DNA from: the human T2T-CHM13v2.0 reference genome, Homo sapiens
Length of the DNA: 64,000 nt
Direction: 5' to 3' (one strand)
Assembly (NCBI RefSeq): GCF_009914755.1
Contig: NC_060932.1
A program made the position numbers and the translations under genes. The notes beneath the pieces were generated by a model. It had not been told where the DNA came from. It searched no databases and worked only from the letters and a program-made list of their open reading frames with translations. Shown in pieces: positions 57,770 to 64,000 of this stretch (position 1 is its first letter; each line of letters opens with the position of its first letter).

Positions 57770-58015
57770 TTTTTTAAAAATTGACTTTACTGAGGTATCA
57801 TTTACATTCAATGAAATGCCTCTATTTGAATGGCATAGTCAAATGAGCTTTGGTAAAAGTAGACACCTGTGTAACTTTGCCACAATATAGACAGAGAACA
57901 TCTGCATTCCCCTAAAATTTTCCTCATGCCTCTTTCCAGTCAACCTCATCCCACCCCAGACCTAAGGCACCATAGATATCCTTTTTGTTACCATGGATTT
58001 GTTTTGCCTTTTTAA
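57770..58015 (-). mobile_element. Old L1 (L1MD/ME-like) 3' end
   Basis: 'actttactgaggtatcatttaca...atgagctttggtaaa...cctgtgtaac...ttcctcatgcctctttccagtcaa'. Confidence 0.75.
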
Positions 58016-61000
58016 TAATTAGCTATTATTGAGGCAGCTGCCATGTTGTCCCAAAGGCATCAGTTTAATAGTATGTTATATAGATTGTACTATCATCATG
58101 AAAGCACAATTAGGCAATAGATGGCATTTGCTATTCAGTTATGAGCCACATAAAATGTTAGAAAGGTCTGAACACCAGTCCATCAGCCCGACAGTTATAG
58201 AACCGCCTGCAGGGAATGTGATCTCTGTCCTTAATATCAGAATGGGTTTGATCCAAACCTAGGCTCCTGATCTTTTCCCTAACCAGGATTTTACATGAAG
58301 TCTCACATTAGAGAGGACATCTTTTCTCTCTTTTAGTATGAAATGTATTTTAAAAGGTGACCCTGAGAAAAAAATATGACCCTGCTTAGAAAATAATAGC
58401 TGAGAGACTGTCCACATCATATCAGGAAAAGGAAATGAAAGATCAGATATGAAATGACTATGCTTCTCTCCCCACCTGTCATATTAAAATATTGCCAATT
58501 GGTACTCAAGATTTTCTCCTACTGCAGCAACTTAAAAATAATTTGGATATCAATTTTTTTGCTTACTGTTGTGTTGTGATTCTTTCCTCTGTTGTCACAA
58601 GTATGAATATCAGGTAATGGGCACCATTCATTTTTGTGCTTAGTAGTTTTCCTGGGGTGCCAGTGACAGGAGAAATGTATGCATTAAAACAAGCGTGATG
58701 AAAAGCAGCTCTCTTTATAATTTCAGCCCAGCTGCTGTATTGATGGATACAATCTCCACCACATGCTCCAGGTGGCTTCTAATGCCTGACTCCCTGCAGA
58801 AGCCTCTATTTGCACATCTTAAACCACTTATTGGATTTGAACAGGATTTTTCAGCCTGAGTGCAGTAACAGTGTTCACTTGTGTAATATTTGTAAATCCG
58901 GGCTTTACGTTTCACTCAAGAAACCGTCGTCAGAAGACATCCAACAGTCCCTTTGTGCCTCCCCGATTCTCTATTTTGGATTAGATTGTGTCCATTTTGT
59001 GTGACTAAAAAGTGTATTGATAAACATATTTTCATCGTGTTGGCATGCATAATAAAAAGCAATTCAATTAATGAGTCTTTTCCTTGAGTGGTGCTTTTCT
59101 TTGTCTCTCAGATTCATATAAAATTCATTTAAAGGCTTTGTATTCAAAGTTCAAAAAGGTTAACCTTTTTTTTCAGACTATGCATCTCAAAAGGTTCAGC
59201 TCAACTTGTCTTCTGTTGTTTAAATGTCTACTTACTACTGTATCAGTTGCTTTGAATTATTGTGCATAAGACCTTTGTTCAATGCTAACAACACTCTAGT
59301 ATGACACCCTGTAGCCTGCACAATTCAAGCCTCTTATACTTAGGAATGAGAGTTGGTGATGACTAAAGCAAATGTCTTCTTTTGGTTTGAAATGTAACAC
59401 AGTACAGCAATCTTCAGGCAGATATTTTTCTCTACTCTTTGTATGCAGGTAATACAAATTTCAAGAGTTCCTAACACAGCAGATATCTCTGCTCAAATAA
59501 CTGAATTATGTAACATTTAAGAGACTTGATAATAGCTTAATTCACCAATTAGCAGAAACAACAAATGCCCGTGATTTACAGGCAAAGCTGGACATGTGAT
59601 TATGGTGCTGAACCACAAGGAAACCTTATTTTTTAAGTGCAGGCCACTAACTAGAATTACCTGCCCACCAACATATTGGAAGGTATGAGCCACTGGTTTT
59701 ATTTTAAGGATTCTTGTCTCTGAAAAGGTTGTGCTTCTTTCCTTTGGAGAAGTTCTTTTAATAGCACACACCATTGGTATTCGGCAGCATAGTGTGTCAC
59801 ACAAGCTAAACCTCAGCCTCTCTGTATCCTCTGTGCAGAATAAAGACATATTCTCTTGTTGAGTGACACTTGCAAGTTGATATTCCAGAGCAGTTGACTG
59901 GAATTCTGACCTGAATTCAATTATGCGTATGTGAAATGTGGATAATTACAACAGGATGCTCCGAAGGGTGCTAGGGAGTTAGAGAACCAAGGATTGTGAC
60001 CTAATGATTGCGTTTAGCTTTGGAGTGGGTTTACACCAATGATCTTTACTGAACTCTCCAAAGCACTCATGTGCAGCAGTGGACTCGATATAATAAACCG
60101 AGGGAACATTACACATCTTGTGGGCCAGTAACTGTTGTGCTAAGAAGGATTTGCATTCTGAGAGGGATCTTTAGCAGCAGTATCACCTTTCAGATTCAAA
60201 GTCCACTTTCTGAAAGGTACTAAAACATACTTAAGCCTATCGAAATATGTCCTAAGTACATAATGTCAAAATATTCACTAGAAACATAAACTCCAGATGA
60301 TTCCAATTATGTCTTAGGACCTTTGGGGGTTCTGTGTGGAACCAACAAACAAGGTACGGGCAAAACCAATAAATGAAAAAACGAAGCATGGTGCTTTTTA
60401 ATTAAAAAAAAATCCCTACTATGACATGAGCTAAGTGCACATGGATATGCATACACTATATAACTTATACAATCTTTTTATTAATAGTAAAAGCTTTAAC
60501 AGATGTATGGGACATTTTAAAAATAAAATGGAGCAAAATCTAAGCCTTCAAAATTACTTGTGTACCACTCTAAGCATATGAAGCTCCTCAGCTAGGTGTT
60601 TTTATCCGGCACACCACATTCTGAATTTAATACTTGTGACCTGTTTTACTGCCATATTCTGGCTTCTCCTCAGTCACAAGTGGCCTGACATTTATCAACT
60701 ATATTATAATTACTCAACACCATGATTTGGCAAAATGAAGTCACATACCACGAATAAGAATGAATCAGTTGGGCCAATAAGGACTTCACATTTGTTTCTT
60801 CTGAGTCTCATTCACATCAGAGAAAAATATCAAATAAGAAATTGATTTTCTCTGCCTGATTGAGACAAACACACCGAGATAGACTGGCTTCGAACTAAGC
60901 CATTCTTATCAATCTGAAAATTCCCGAATACTGCTCTGCTTACACCAGAGCCCTTAGATAATGATGTTCTTTCCTATCAGCTGTGACATGCTTTGCTCAG

Positions 61001-61974
61001 GATGGCATGGGACTTCTGTCACATTTCTGTCTCACATGACAGTAACTGAAGAGAACCATCCAAATTCTACTGTGAATTCCTTGTATTTGTGTATTTTTAG
61101 TCACCCAATAGATATTTTCTTGCCCTACTTTCTCTATAGTCTCATGATAGTCATTGTTAAACACATCAAACTTTCAACAAGAACAGGTTCACATGTATTT
61201 CCAAATTACCTCATTACCATTCAGTAAGGCAAAGGAGAAAAACTGCTTCTCATTCCGGGTAGCCTAGACAAATGGCTAAGTTTTCTCATTAAAGACTAGC
61301 AAGCAAAAATGGGAAGGTAGAACCCTATAATTACTCTAGTGTCACCAGCAAAGAAAACCACAACATTACAGACAAATAACACAGCAAGAGCCACCATACA
61401 TTGAGATATACTTAGGAGCACTGATTTAACTACCACTATAACCAAATCCATTATTTGTGAGGATTGTAATAAAATGCACTTTATTGCTGCATCCCACTAT
61501 ACTCCTTGCTTTTCCTTAAAACACCATAACATTTAGCCATAGACAAGCAAGAAGAGTTCTGACACTCAATCTGATTTTAGTTATGTGTTTTTCATAATCA
61601 CTCCCCAATACACAAACACCCCCTCAACATCAAACAAAACAACACAGACTGCACATTCACCAGAACACCAGTTTGTATACACTGACCATGAATTTCCATT
61701 CTACACGAGGCAGTACATAGCTTCACTTGTACCTTGCAGTCTTCATGAAACAACTAATCAAGCCATAAAGATCTGTTTCTGCTCATCATGTACAAGCAGA
61801 CTCATGCTGGTGTAAGGTATATAAGAAAGTTAGAATATGACACCACAAATAGCAATCTGTTATGAGAATGGCTCCCTAGGTTGTCATCTTAGAAGAAGCC
61901 TGCACTTTCCCATTATGTGACCTGGAATGTCAGTGTTCCATCGTAATCAGTATCCATGTAATGTCAACCCTTCT

Positions 61975-62291
61975 GGGTTTTTTTTGTTTTTTTTGGTGTT
62001 TGTTTTTTTTTTTTAAGATGGAGTCTCGCTCTGTCGCCTAGGCTGGAGTGCAGTGGATCTCAGCTCACTGCAAGCTCCGCCTGCCGGATTCACGCCATTC
62101 TCCTGCCTCTGCCTCTCGAGTAGCTGGGACTACAGGGGCCCGCCTCCACGCCTGGCTAATTTTTTGTATTTTTAGTAGAGGCGGGGTTTCACCGTGTTAG
62201 CCAGGATGGTCTCAATCTCCTGACCTTGTGATCCGCCCATCTTGGCCTCCCAAAGTGATGGAATTACAGGTGTGAGCCACTGCGCCCGCCC
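61975..62291 (-). mobile_element. AluY
   Basis: Y diagnostics 'ctgcaagctccgcc', 'ttcacgccattctcc', 'ccgtgttagccaggatggtctc'; TSD atgtcaacccttct / atgtcaacgcttct. Confidence 0.95.
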
Positions 62292-62794
62292 ATGTCAACG
62301 CTTCTTAAATGTAAAGCCCAGTTGTCCAGGCTATATTTTTCATTATGGCCAGTGAGAAGTAGCATTACAGTGAGAACTTGCCTTGAAGTGTGCTTATTTA
62401 AAAAGGAAAATATGTTTGGAAGAGCTCGTGGGCACTTCTATAGTGAAAGCTGTAGAATCATGGTAGAATATAATTAGTATTTGACAAAGCCCCCAAACAG
62501 CAAACGACCTAGAAAACAGTGACAGATACAAATAAAATTCAACTGAAATTAAGTTAACAATTATAAGAAGCAGTTAGACATAGTAATATTTAGAACTTAC
62601 TGGCCTCCTATTGTACAAATCATTGTAAAAATCAATGTAGGTATGTGAGATTTTCTGTATGAAAATGAAGCTTGCACATGTTGCATAGGGGTTGGAAATT
62701 AAGTGCATTTGCAGAATCATCAGGTCATGGACTGACAGGCTAGTAGATCAGCCTTCCTTGTACCCTTATTTAATCCTTTTTACAACATCCTTAT

Positions 62795-63178
62795 TAAATA
62801 ATTGGGTATGGTGGTCACCAAAATGGTTATCTTCTGATACTGTGCAGGACTGTACTGCCTGGTTTCATAATGCTTGAGGTTAAATGTCTAGCTCTGGCCA
62901 GTGAGTTGTGGAGTGGAAATAATGTGTCACTCATATGCTGCAGCATTTAATAGTCCATTCAGAAACCTCTACAGCATATTCCTTCTCCTTCAGTCATAAT
63001 AACTAGCAGCATTCAAGATAATGGCTATTCCCTGAACCTGTGCCTGGGGTGACTCAAATGGTCAAAGTATCCCCACCAACCCATGATGGATATAGAACAT
63101 GAACAATATTGTCTGCCACTCCTGAATTTGGGGTTTGTCTGCTATTGTAGCATCTCCTACTATTTTCTGATGGATACA
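62795..63178 (+). mobile_element. MaLR solo LTR (MLT1I-like)
   Basis: 'tctggccagtgagttgtgg...atgtgtcact...gcatttaat', 'ccaacccatgatggatat', ends 'ctgatggataca'. Confidence 0.7.
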
Positions 63179-63384
63179 ATAACCTCTGGTTAAAAAAAAA
63201 AATTCAGTGACAGCAAAGGCGTTATTTCAAAGGTATCCTGTTCCATTTGGGGATTTCTCTAAGGTTTAATTTTTATCTTTTTTATATTGGTCCTATATCC
63301 ATCTATTTGTAGCATTTGATTATTAGGCTAGTTTTACTTCTTGAAACCATAGAATGCAAATCAAACTCATCTATGATTGTCTAT

Positions 63385-63515
63385 CATGTTCAGTTAGTCA
63401 TTTATTAGCAAACATTATTAATCTTCTATGAAATGCCTGGCAATGAGCTAGATGAGTAGCACCAAAAATAAGTAAAACACAGGCCCTGCCATAGAGGAGC
63501 TTATACTCTAGTAGG
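63385..63515 (-). mobile_element. L2 3' end
   Basis: 'agcaaacatt...tgcctggca...aaaacacaggccctgccatagaggagcttatactctagt'. Confidence 0.65.
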
Positions 63516-64000
63516 TGTATTCCTAGGCCCTATATGTGGATACCACAAAAGTGGTACTCAGTACTCTTGCAATTTTGTCTATCTTCTTACATTTTGTGGT
63601 TGTTGTTGATTTATTGTTAAATGTCCCTTTAGCAGAAATTGATATTAGGGCTTCAACACAAGAGTCAGGTAGACTGCAGGATAGGTGTTCATCTTAAATG
63701 GGCCAATGTTGAGAAGAGTTGCCAAGCCAAGAAAGGATTTTTGCAAAAAGTGCTGAAATCCTTCATCCACAGCATCTCTGGTAAAAGCTTGCATTATGTT
63801 ATGATTGTCAGAGCCTTTTCTTGTGACAGCCCAGCCTGGCGCAATATACAAGCCCAGTTGTTTTGAATCCTCCCTCCTCACCACCCCCTCCTCTCCCTAT
63901 GTAGCTGACATGCTTCCACGCATAAAAATTAATGTTCCCATTTTAACTGACTCGTTTGGCAGGAACAAGTTTGCAAGCCAAAGCAAACATGGAAGGAGGG

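Noticed and set aside
59990-60060. Possible C/D box snoRNA (ATGA...CTGA)
   Set aside because: No proper RUGAUGA box C or terminal stem

Overview
AT-rich primate (probably human) genomic DNA, intronic or intergenic in character. It contains Alu SINEs (J/S/Y, several with target-site duplications), 5'-truncated L1s (a young L1PA3/4-like copy at 22.8-24.4 kb and an older L1PA15/16-like copy at 40.1-41.8 kb), MaLR/ERVL solo LTRs, hAT DNA transposon relics and many L2/MIR fragments. No intact multi-exon gene, RNA gene or CRISPR array is recognisable, and the ORF track is mostly chance ORFs plus Alu/L1 translations. The most notable signals are: (1) a CpG-retaining segment at ~0.8-1.36 kb with a strong-Kozak ATG encoding a signal-peptide-like 33-aa stretch that ends in GKR at a strong phase-1 splice donor, overlapping a MEF2/E-box/MEIS motif cluster; (2) a ~265-bp copy of nearby unique DNA inserted into a Zaphod-like transposon and flanked by a perfect 14-bp repeat; (3) an L1 with a 5' poly(T) head inside its TSD; (4) an ancient MER121-like fold-back element; (5) several near-perfect palindromes. 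Subfamily names are from recalled consensus features, not a database search, and I could not identify the locus.
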